Shown one piece after another: positions 1 through 7,057 of a stretch of DNA of 29,673 nt. Origin of the DNA: a virus (taxonomy: Duplodnaviria > Caudoviricetes). The stretch's first letter is position 1; each line of letters begins with the position of its first letter. A program made the position numbers and the translations under genes. The stretch is from the IMG/VR virus record IMGVR_UViG_3300020042_005675, positions 1-29,673 of that record; one strand, given 5' to 3'. Below the pieces are notes generated by a model that saw only the letters and a program-made list of their open reading frames with translations, was not told the origin of the DNA and did no database searches.

Positions 1-259
1 CGTCAAGCTTTTTTTGATTAGACCACGCTTGTGCGTATGAATTGTCTTGGTTGCATAGTTCTAGTGCAGTTTTTTCACTGACTACGCGGTGCGTTATAAT
101 CTGCTCGCCTATGTGTTGTTGAGAGAACTCTTTGGCTTGGTTCATTGTAACAGTATCTAATGCCCACAAGTCTTTATCCTTGGGCGTTTCTACCATGTAT
201 CTGTGGTGAAAAGTTGAAACACATTCAACTAAGACCCACTGGGTTTGTTTATTGCGCAT
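1..259 (-). CDS. Phage hypothetical protein (3' end outside window)
   Basis: Hand-translated from ATG 259: MRNKQTQWVLVECVSTFHHRYMVETPKDKDLWALDTVTMNQAKEFSQQHIGEQIITHRVVSEK..., open to the window edge; not in the ORF track. Confidence 0.75.
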   Translation of the reverse strand, partial: MRNKQTQWVLVECVSTFHHRYMVETPKDKDLWALDTVTMNQAKEFSQQHIGEQIITHRVVSEKTALELCNQDNSYAQAWSNQKKLD

Positions 260-474
260 TTAGTTAATTCCTGGTTATATTTTATTCTGTGTGATTCCAT
301 ATCAAGTTCTGGCTTATTACCTTTTAGCTTTACAAACAGCGGGTGCATAAGTTTTGCAGTCAAAGACTTTGACATTTGTTCTAAAACAAGATTTACGTCT
401 TTGCCAGCTTTAATATCTTTAAAGGCTGCAGCTAGTACTCGAAGTCTAGCCTCTTCTGCCCAGTTATCGGTCAT
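229..474 (-). CDS. Small protein resembling the glutamyl-tRNA reductase (HemA) dimerisation domain
   Basis: AFKDIKAGKDVNLVLEQMSKSLTAKLMHP resembles the HemA C-terminal pattern L..G.D...VLE.L...LT.KL.H. Confidence 0.6.
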   Translation of the reverse strand: MTDNWAEEARLRVLAAAFKDIKAGKDVNLVLEQMSKSLTAKLMHPLFVKLKGNKPELDMESHRIKYNQELTKCAINKPSGS

Positions 475-826
475 GGGTATCCCAAGTTATTTTGGGGTTA
501 TGCTGTTCGTATGCTGTGATCAAGTCTGCTAAAGTCCATACTGATATAGTTTGTATATCCCATAGCCAATCACCAAGTGCGTGCCAGTCTGTGGACAGCA
601 TTGGCGGCACTCCAAGTTCATCACCATAAGGCTCATTGGGAATACCCCGTACGTCAATTCTGCCACAGCTATAGTTTGTGGTTATATCTTCTGTGGTATA
701 AGTATCACCTGTGTTGTAAAACATGGTGTCTTGGGTAGCAGTTTTAGTCTGCTTCTGGGTAAGGCCACGTGTTCTGTACCACTCCATGCTCACTGGTCCC
801 ATCCAGTTCGTTGAGTATGTTATCAT
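464..826 (-). CDS. Phage hypothetical protein
   Basis: 120 aa ORF, co-oriented and tightly packed with neighbours. Confidence 0.7.
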   Translation of the reverse strand: MITYSTNWMGPVSMEWYRTRGLTQKQTKTATQDTMFYNTGDTYTTEDITTNYSCGRIDVRGIPNEPYGDELGVPPMLSTDWHALGDWLWDIQTISVWTLADLITAYEQHNPKITWDTHDR

Positions 827-980
827 ATTCTAGTTGCTCCAAGAAATCTTGTAATACTTGTTCAACAAAATTGTTAAACGTCATATCTTTTTCATGTGCC
901 ATTTTAAATAGCACTAAAAATTCTGCGTCAGTTAAATCCAACGCAACTTCTACTTTGTTGTCTGTTGCTAGTGTAATCAT
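744..980 (-). CDS. Hypothetical protein, possibly ribbon-helix-helix-like
   Basis: VEVALDLTDAEFLVLFKMAHEKDMTFNNFVEQVL fits a strand-helix-helix pattern; start at 980 or 989. Confidence 0.65.
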   Translation of the reverse strand: MITLATDNKVEVALDLTDAEFLVLFKMAHEKDMTFNNFVEQVLQDFLEQLEYDNILNELDGTSEHGVVQNTWPYPEAD

Positions 981-981
981 T

Positions 982-1173
982 TTATACATCCAAATCTACG
1001 TTAGTGCCTTTGTCTAAACCAAGTCGTAAGTTACGATGAACTCGGTCAAGTATAATTCTTTCAAATTCTTTCACTTCTACACGGGCACGATAATCTTCGT
1101 CTTCCCTGTCCCTAAGCCGTAGCCTTTGAGCAGTATAAGCGGCAAGTAATCTGTCCTCAATAGTTATTTTCAT
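982..1173 (-). CDS. Phage hypothetical protein
   Basis: AAGGA Shine-Dalgarno and a promoter directly upstream. Confidence 0.75.
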   Translation of the reverse strand: MKITIEDRLLAAYTAQRLRLRDREDEDYRARVEVKEFERIILDRVHRNLRLGLDKGTNVDLDV

Positions 1174-1194
1174 AATTATCCTTAGTTATAATAT

Positions 1195-1223
1195 ATTATA
1201 ACACAAAACAAAAGGGGACTCAA
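1195..1223 (-). promoter_or_regulatory. Sigma70-type promoter TTGAGT-17-TATAAT
   Basis: Reverse strand -35 at 1218-1223 and -10 at 1195-1200. Confidence 0.8.
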
Positions 1224-1251
1224 GCCAATAATTTTTAGCTTAAGTCCCCTT
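1203..1251 (-). terminator. Intrinsic terminator overlapping the promoter
   Basis: AAGGGGACTTAAGCT / GGCTTGAGTCCCCTT hairpin followed by TTGTTTTGT. Confidence 0.75.
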
Positions 1252-1267
1252 GTGGTTTGTTGCGTGC

Positions 1268-1549
1268 TTAGGGTTTAGTATGTGGAAACGGCCAAGCTGC
1301 TTGTGGATTTAACACAGTTGGTTCTAGTGTTTCTTCTGGTTGTTTCCACCAAATCTTATCACCAACTTTTGCGTTCCAGTTGTCAATGTTGTCTAGAGTA
1401 TCTGCTTTAGTTGCCGCTTTCCACTGCTCTGCCATATCAGGCTTAACAGGTTCTTGATATGGAGGTTTAGCCAGCTTTTGGTACTCAAGCACAACATAAC
1501 ACACCGCAAGGCAAAGTCCTAAAATAATAAGCGTTATTTCAATAGTCAT
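1268..1549 (-). CDS. Membrane-anchored protein with C-terminal LNPQAAWPFPHTKP motif
   Basis: N-terminal hydrophobic helix ITLIILGLCLAVCYVVL; distinctive C-terminal tail. Confidence 0.75.
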   Translation of the reverse strand: MTIEITLIILGLCLAVCYVVLEYQKLAKPPYQEPVKPDMAEQWKAATKADTLDNIDNWNAKVGDKIWWKQPEETLEPTVLNPQAAWPFPHTKP

Positions 1550-1552
1550 TGT

Positions 1553-2239
1553 TTAATCCCATAAATTTTCATAATACTTACCAAACAGTTTAAACCCTTT
1601 GGTAATACGTTTTTGTTCTACTGCCATGCCGTCATAATCACACTTATAAGTATGGTTAGGTCCGTTACCCATTTTAAACATTTTAGGCTTACCATTTTCG
1701 TGCCACTCACAAGGCTCAGAAGTCCAGTCGGGTACACCAGTAGAGTACTTGTCTTGCCAAGTGCCATCTTTTTTGCTTTCAAAAGCAAAGATCATTTCGT
1801 CTAGGATATAATCCCAACGAAGAAAATGGTTTGAATCTGTGTCATACTCATTTTCTTTAGGCTTAGCATTAGTGCTCCACAATTCTTTAGGCACGTCTAC
1901 ATCCTCTGTGTTTGGTGCTCCATGCTTGCTTGCTTTAAGCTGAAGCAGCATTGGAAGAATAATTTGTGCAAGAGTATGATCCATGCCCCAAGTATCCCAC
2001 TTGTCAATACGTACATATACTTGACGATGACGTTTGCTTTCAACCCAGTTGCAAAACGTGTTAAGTTTTGAGTCCGTGCCATCTTTGTTTGAAGCAAGCC
2101 AAGTGCCAAAGTTGTGAACCCAATCAGGCTTTGCTTTCATGCCGTATTCATCAGGCACTTTTTTAACCCACCAGCAAAGTAGGTCAGCAATTTGGTATGG
2201 ACCAATCCAAGTAGTATACTTTCCGATTACGACTTTCAT
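1553..2239 (-). CDS. Trp-rich phage hypothetical protein
   Basis: 228 aa ORF; start overlaps the upstream stop (ATGA). Confidence 0.8.
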   Translation of the reverse strand: MKVVIGKYTTWIGPYQIADLLCWWVKKVPDEYGMKAKPDWVHNFGTWLASNKDGTDSKLNTFCNWVESKRHRQVYVRIDKWDTWGMDHTLAQIILPMLLQLKASKHGAPNTEDVDVPKELWSTNAKPKENEYDTDSNHFLRWDYILDEMIFAFESKKDGTWQDKYSTGVPDWTSEPCEWHENGKPKMFKMGNGPNHTYKCDYDGMAVEQKRITKGFKLFGKYYENLWD

Positions 2240-2469
2240 AGTGGGTAGTTCCTGTTTATGTTAAATGCTTCAAATTGTTCTAGTGCGTTGACTTCGTAGC
2301 CGTGTGTTGCTGCTTCTGCACCTGCTTTAAAAGCTTCACGCATCCAGTAGTCAATAACGTTGATGTTCTGTGAGTTTTGGGTTGTTGAGTATACTTGACG
2401 GCGATTGCTGCCTTGCTCAGGGTATTCGGCTTCATAAAACCATTTAACAAATTCGCGATCAATATTCAT
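2236..2469 (-). CDS. Phage hypothetical protein
   Basis: ATGA coupling on both sides; F..WF and WMREAFKAG motifs. Confidence 0.75.
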   Translation of the reverse strand: MNIDREFVKWFYEAEYPEQGSNRRQVYSTTQNSQNINVIDYWMREAFKAGAEAATHGYEVNALEQFEAFNINRNYPL

Positions 2470-2660
2470 ACCAACTCCTTATACATTGATTTTCTACCTT
2501 GTTCTCCAAGGATTTCTTCAAAAATTTCATTTGTTCTTTGCATCATAGCACAAGCCAACATTAATCTTTCATTATCGTTATCAGTTAACATCAATGATTT
2601 GTCAACTAAAACCATTAGCTCTTCCATTCTTTTAGCAATATTATTCATATTATCTGCCAC
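2466..2660 (-). CDS. Small helical hypothetical protein
   Basis: Translationally coupled in the operon. Confidence 0.7.
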   Translation of the reverse strand: MADNMNNIAKRMEELMVLVDKSLMLTDNDNERLMLACAMMQRTNEIFEEILGEQGRKSMYKELV

Positions 2661-2850
2661 CTTTGTGGCTGGAGTTTAGGTTAAGAAGTAGTGACTTGTC
2701 TGTGACTACAATGTAGTTTGATTTAGGCATAGGTACAATAGTGTGCTTATAGCGTTTGGCAACAGTTTCACCACAAGGCAAACAAGTATGCCTACCTAAA
2801 CGCCAGCGATTAGGATTAACAGTATCAGAACAAAGCACACAATAAAACAT
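2650..2850 (-). CDS. DksA/TraR-like C4 zinc-finger protein
   Basis: CVLC-x6-R-x6-TCLPC; own promoter and GGGA SD. Confidence 0.6.
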   Translation of the reverse strand: MFYCVLCSDTVNPNRWRLGRHTCLPCGETVAKRYKHTIVPMPKSNYIVVTDKSLLLNLNSSHKGGR

Positions 2851-2875
2851 ATTTTTTCCCTTAAATCAAGTATTT

Positions 2876-2904
2876 ATTATACTTTGATTTAACACAGAAG
2901 TCAA
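2876..2904 (-). promoter_or_regulatory. Sigma70-type promoter TTGACT-17-TATAAT
   Basis: -35 at 2899-2904 contains the upstream TGA stop; -10 at 2876-2881. Confidence 0.8.
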
Positions 2905-3272
2905 TCTTGATTTTTTCTAATTTGTTTAATTAATTGTTCATGCAGCTTACGCATAGCTGCTACATACGTTTGAAGAGGAGCACGCTGACCAGGCAACCAT
3001 TCTGGGTTTAGTGTTAGCGCAAGTTCTTCGTCAGGAGTAACTAAAATAGTTTTTAGTGTGTCATCTCGCCATCGGAGTTTTTCGTAACGTATACGAACTG
3101 TTGGTGCTTCACATTCTAAATTACCCACAGGGATTTGTTCTTCTGTGAAACCACTTGGTCTGTTAACAGCTACACGAACACCGCCTTCTTTTTCTAGTCT
3201 ATCTAGTAACCATAGGGGTAGATCTATTGGAATAATAGGTTCAAAGTCTTCTGTGTAGAGTATAACTATCAT
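2901..3272 (-). CDS. Phage hypothetical protein
   Basis: Likely start MIVILYT at 3272 after AAGGA, overlapping the upstream stop. Confidence 0.75.
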   Translation of the reverse strand: MIVILYTEDFEPIIPIDLPLWLLDRLEKEGGVRVAVNRPSGFTEEQIPVGNLECEAPTVRIRYEKLRWRDDTLKTILVTPDEELALTLNPEWLPGQRAPLQTYVAAMRKLHEQLIKQIRKNQD

Positions 3273-3625
3273 GGTTTTTTCCTTAATGTCCAAACATTTT
3301 CTGCTTTAGTTTCCCACAGCAACTCGTCGCCAGTTTTCCAACCAGTTTTTTCTAATATTTCTTCGTTAAGCGGAAGTATTAAGTCTTCACCATCTTGTTC
3401 AAGATCAATTACCCAACGACTATTAGCCATTTCTTTTTTACTGCTATATCCACTCATAATATTACCTTTACCCATATCAAAAGCAACACGTAACCATTTT
3501 TCACAAAATTCATTGCGCTCCTGTTGTGTCTCGGCTAACTCTAGGTGTTGAAAGAAGCGTTCTGATCTAAAACTAAATCCTTCTAGTTCTTCAAACCAGT
3601 CTTCAAATGTTTCGTATTCTACCAT
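3269..3625 (-). CDS. Two-part protein with C-terminal AbrB/MazE/SpoVT-like domain
   Basis: DLILPLNEEILEKTGWKTGDELLW is an AbrB-like signature. Confidence 0.6.
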   Translation of the reverse strand: MVEYETFEDWFEELEGFSFRSERFFQHLELAETQQERNEFCEKWLRVAFDMGKGNIMSGYSSKKEMANSRWVIDLEQDGEDLILPLNEEILEKTGWKTGDELLWETKAENVWTLRKKP

Positions 3626-4542
3626 ACTGCCTCGCTTCTAATAAGTTTGCGATGCTGAATCCAGCCACGTAAGTTGCCTGACCATAGATCAGAATTAGCA
3701 CTGACATGGCTAACACCTGGCTGCCATGTATCAGGTTCAAACCTACACATACTGTCAATATCCATAGGGGTAGCTTGATGCTCAATTGGACTGGCGTGAA
3801 CAGGATCATTTTCAATAAGTTGTTCCCAAATCTTGAATGCTTTGGTAAAGCCAGGATCGTTTTTACGATAACTAACTTGAGCACAACAACTAGCACTAAT
3901 AATCTTAGCGTCTTCAAGACTAAGTTGATTAAAATTATCATCAAAATATTGAAGTTGACCAGTAGGTACATATTCAGCAATCGTAATATAAGGTAAATGC
4001 CAGTCGCCTGGCTTAAGGGATACGGGTAAGTGTGTTGTGTAAGCTACAGTCATTGCTTCAGCTAAAGCTTTAATCTCTGGCTGTGCGTCTGGGTGATTGC
4101 GTAAGTGAAAGAAATTTGTCCATTCAGTTCCAGAGATAACTGTTTTCATAGTCATCCAAGGCTCTGTAATGCGGTTAGCAATCTGTTTGTGAATTGCTAA
4201 TTTGTGTGCTAAAGCGTCCGACCAGTATAAGGCGTCTTCTTTAGCCTTATTCCATACTTGTTCTGCTTCTGTAGCTACACTGCTACCAACCTGCTCATTG
4301 GCTTTCATACCTGGTTGGTTTTTACCCCAACTAACAGGAGTAGCAGGATTATTTTTGATAAATTCATGCATAGCTTTAACAGGAATAGCACGGCTTGAGG
4401 CACTATTCTTTGATAACATACGATGCGTATTGAGTTCTGCTAAAATAAATCTAGGATATTCAATTTCCATAGTAGTCATACGTACACCTTTAGGACATAC
4501 GCTGTCGGCAATAACTTTAGCTGAGATCAACTTATTTTTCAT
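3619..4542 (-). CDS. thyX: Flavin-dependent thymidylate synthase-like protein
   Basis: YPRFILAELNTHRMLSKNSASSRAIP is a variant ThyX motif; HPDAQPEI and HASPIEH; start at 4542 via TAATG coupling. Confidence 0.85.
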   Translation of the reverse strand: MKNKLISAKVIADSVCPKGVRMTTMEIEYPRFILAELNTHRMLSKNSASSRAIPVKAMHEFIKNNPATPVSWGKNQPGMKANEQVGSSVATEAEQVWNKAKEDALYWSDALAHKLAIHKQIANRITEPWMTMKTVISGTEWTNFFHLRNHPDAQPEIKALAEAMTVAYTTHLPVSLKPGDWHLPYITIAEYVPTGQLQYFDDNFNQLSLEDAKIISASCCAQVSYRKNDPGFTKAFKIWEQLIENDPVHASPIEHQATPMDIDSMCRFEPDTWQPGVSHVSANSDLWSGNLRGWIQHRKLIRSEAVW

Positions 4543-4733
4543 TACCAGCCTCCATCTGCATGATGCATTATATAGTTGTAAACCTTGACGTAATCTTTTA
4601 GCCAAACAGTTTGAGGAGTTTCTTCATCAAATGCTTTGTTTGGAGAACTCCACCAAAGGTCTACAAGTTTTGAGCCAAGCATTGCAGTTAGCAATACTTG
4701 TGCTCTTTGTTTAGCAACATATTCTGAAATCAT
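4542..4733 (-). CDS. Xre/MbcA/ParS antitoxin C-terminal-like domain protein
   Basis: LVDLWWSSPNKAFDEETP fits W...PN.A....TP of the antitoxin toxin-binding domain. Confidence 0.6.
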   Translation of the reverse strand: MISEYVAKQRAQVLLTAMLGSKLVDLWWSSPNKAFDEETPQTVWLKDYVKVYNYIMHHADGGW

Positions 4734-5488
4734 ATTGTAATTGTTTTATGTGGATTGAATCCGTTAGTACCTATTTCACCAGAGCCGTAGTAACCATGTG
4801 GATTACATACTAAACGAGTATTACCTATTTCAAAGTCTGTACAATCGTGTGTATGTCCAAACAACCAAGTAGTGTTCTCCATATCAGCAATCCAAGACCC
4901 TAAATTGTTAGCAAAGTAGTCGTTTAATAAATTACCATCACGCCAGCGTGGGGCAATGCACTCACGTGCAGGTAAAAAGTGTGTGACGATGACAACTGGT
5001 TTATCCCCACGAGTTTCATAGCTAGATTTAAGGTACTCTAAGTGCTTATAATACAAGTCATAAGCATGACTAGTAGTAAAGTTTCTGATCTGACGAAAGT
5101 CGTTGATTGTACGCTTGGCATAGCTCTGACTAAAGAAATTATCAGCAAAGTTAGTCCATAACGTAGCACCTGTAAACATTACTCCATCAATAGTAACTGT
5201 ACCTGGACGTAAAAAGTGTGCGTTTCGTGTTTGTTCGCATAAGTCAAGCAGCTTGTCGTCAAAGTGCTTGATAGTGCTTCCATAGTACTCATGGTTACCA
5301 GGTACATAAACAACTTTAGGAAAACCTTGGTCTAAGAAAAACTTAATCACATCCATTGTGTTAGTGCTTCCTGAGGCAATGTCACCAGCTAACACAAGCA
5401 CATCTTCACCACGATATTCTGCAAATTCAGCAGTTTTATATGGTAGGCGGAATTCTGTGTGAAGGTCGCTGAGCAGTCTGATTTTCAT
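4730..5488 (-). CDS. Calcineurin-like metallophosphoesterase
   Basis: SDLH, AGD, GNHE, THF and GHTH motifs. Confidence 0.9.
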   Translation of the reverse strand: MKIRLLSDLHTEFRLPYKTAEFAEYRGEDVLVLAGDIASGSTNTMDVIKFFLDQGFPKVVYVPGNHEYYGSTIKHFDDKLLDLCEQTRNAHFLRPGTVTIDGVMFTGATLWTNFADNFFSQSYAKRTINDFRQIRNFTTSHAYDLYYKHLEYLKSSYETRGDKPVVIVTHFLPARECIAPRWRDGNLLNDYFANNLGSWIADMENTTWLFGHTHDCTDFEIGNTRLVCNPHGYYGSGEIGTNGFNPHKTITI

Positions 5489-5510
5489 AAAATTTCTCTG
5501 TTAAGCCTAT

Positions 5511-5539
5511 ATTATAACAGAAAACAAAAAGGGCAGCAA
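5511..5539 (-). promoter_or_regulatory. Sigma70-type promoter TTGCTG-17-TATAAT
   Basis: -35 at 5534-5539 and -10 at 5511-5516. Confidence 0.75.
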
Positions 5540-5570
5540 GCCAAAAATAATTAGCCTGTTTGCCCTTTTG
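5520..5570 (-). terminator. Intrinsic terminator overlapping the promoter
   Basis: AAAAGGGCAAACAGGCTAA / TTGGCTTGCTGCCCTTTT hairpin plus T-tract right after the hydrolase stop. Confidence 0.7.
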
Positions 5571-5571
5571 C

Positions 5572-6051
5572 TTATGCGTAAAAAATATGATTACCTATTT
5601 TGGCAACTAATTCTTTAGTTTTGTTCCACTGTGGTTTCACTGTTAAATTATGAAAGTACAAAGCGTTGAACTTTGGTAAATGTACTGTACCTACCACCAC
5701 GGCTTTAGCAATTGCTTTAGCTTCAAGCCAAGCTTCTCCACGAGGCTCACGATGCGGTTCCATAGTCCACGAAAATTGATGTTTTGCATATACAACCTGA
5801 CAAATACTTGATTGAAATTCGGTGCGGTGTGTTACACGATTAAGCGTAACTTGTGCAACGGCTATTTTACCATGCATTGGCTCACCACGAGCCTCATAGT
5901 AAATATTCTTAGCTAAACATAATAGTTCAGCGTTTGTGGCTTTTACTGTTTGATATGCAGTATTAAGTGTTTTCTCAGCCTTATCCAGTGGAAGGGCTAT
6001 TAGAGTTCCCATCAGCACTGGTAGTAGTGCTTGTTTTAGAGTTAATTTCAT
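5572..6051 (-). CDS. SleB/Hydrolase_2-family cell wall hydrolase
   Basis: CLAKNIYYEARGE, AVAQVTLNRV, QFSW, ALYFH, IGNHIFY; N-terminal signal/anchor; T5 carries a similar gene. Confidence 0.9.
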   Translation of the reverse strand: MKLTLKQALLPVLMGTLIALPLDKAEKTLNTAYQTVKATNAELLCLAKNIYYEARGEPMHGKIAVAQVTLNRVTHRTEFQSSICQVVYAKHQFSWTMEPHREPRGEAWLEAKAIAKAVVVGTVHLPKFNALYFHNLTVKPQWNKTKELVAKIGNHIFYA

Positions 6052-6298
6052 GTTGTAACCTCTTATTCTGTTCCTGAAGACGAGTTATGGAATCCATTAA
6101 CTCGTTTCGTTCTTTAGTAAGTTGATTAATTGCACTTGTACCAAAATTAAGTTGATTTTGTAAATTTTGAAGAGCTTTAGCTGCTGCTAATGCTGTGCGA
6201 TTTGGTGGTCTTGGTTCTTGGTAAACAGTACCATCAGATTTAGTTACTGTAACTGATTCCCCGTTGACCAGACTATTAATTAATATGTCGTAGCTCAT
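5981..6298 (-). CDS. Hypothetical coiled-coil protein
   Basis: Likely start MSYDIL at 6298 downstream of a promoter; heptad-rich C-terminal half. Confidence 0.65.
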   Translation of the reverse strand: MSYDILINSLVNGESVTVTKSDGTVYQEPRPPNRTALAAAKALQNLQNQLNFGTSAINQLTKERNELMDSITRLQEQNKRLQHEINSKTSTTTSADGNSNSPSTG

Positions 6299-6326
6299 GC
6301 TTGTTTGATGTGTGAATGAACTTTCA

Positions 6327-6355
6327 ATTATATCACAAGACCAAGCAGTGCACAA
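6327..6355 (-). promoter_or_regulatory. Leftward divergent promoter TTGTGC-17-TATAAT
   Basis: -10 at 6327-6332 and -35 at 6350-6355. Confidence 0.65.
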
Positions 6356-6397
6356 GTGTGTTTTTAAGGTCTGCGCTAACCACGAAATGAAATTGTC

Positions 6398-6426
6398 TTG
6401 AAAAATATTTGCCACAATGATATAAT
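6398..6426 (+). promoter_or_regulatory. Rightward divergent promoter TTGAAA-17-TATAAT
   Basis: Consensus match with exact spacing. Confidence 0.8.
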
Positions 6427-6447
6427 AGACAGACTTGGAGAATTTTA

Positions 6448-6648
6448 ATGTCAACTCAACCAAATTATACAGCAGAACTAGAAGCCCTCATATTAGACGT
6501 GCTGCTGCCAGTATATGAACAACATTGTCGTCAGCGAGGTATTGCTTCCTTACGAAATGAAATTAATCCTGAGTTGCTGAAACAATTAAAGAAAAAGAAA
6601 ACAATTCCCCGACTATTTATGCCTAAACTTAAAGATAATCATGCCTAA
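6448..6648 (+). CDS. Phage hypothetical protein
   Basis: GGAG SD; first gene after the promoter. Confidence 0.75.
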   Translation: MSTQPNYTAELEALILDVLLPVYEQHCRQRGIASLRNEINPELLKQLKKKKTIPRLFMPKLKDNHA

Positions 6649-7057
6649 ACAAGAAACAATTACCCTTACCGATCTTGATACAGGTGATACAATGTATATT
6701 GCCGCTAAAGAACAGATTGAATTAAAAACAATTGTAGGTACTATGCCTACAGGCACAGCACTTAAGTTTGATGATGGTAAATTACCCTTTCACTTATTAA
6801 GTACTGAAGCAATGAACCAAACTGCAGCAGTATTAGCATTTGGTGCAGAAAAGTATGCAGAACACAACTGGCGTAAAGGCTTTGTGTGGAGCAGACCCTT
6901 AAGCGCAGCAATGCGTCATATTACCGCGTTTAATGCGGGAGAAGACAAAGACCCTGAGTCTGGACTGTCGCACTTAGCTCATGCAGCTTGTTGTATTATG
7001 TTCTTGCTCGAATTTGAAAAGACTCATAAAGAGCTAGATGATAGATATAAGCCCTAA
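6641..7057 (+). CDS. dATP/dGTP diphosphohydrolase domain protein (DUF5664-like)
   Basis: KFDDGK..LL, FGAEKY..HNWRKG, AAMRH, GEDKDPESGLSHLAHAACCIMFL. Confidence 0.85.
   Translation: MPKQETITLTDLDTGDTMYIAAKEQIELKTIVGTMPTGTALKFDDGKLPFHLLSTEAMNQTAAVLAFGAEKYAEHNWRKGFVWSRPLSAAMRHITAFNAGEDKDPESGLSHLAHAACCIMFLLEFEKTHKELDDRYKP

Noticed and set aside
245-4588. Plus-strand and alternate-frame ORFs in the leftward block
   Set aside because: Antisense or off-frame shadows of tightly coupled minus-strand genes
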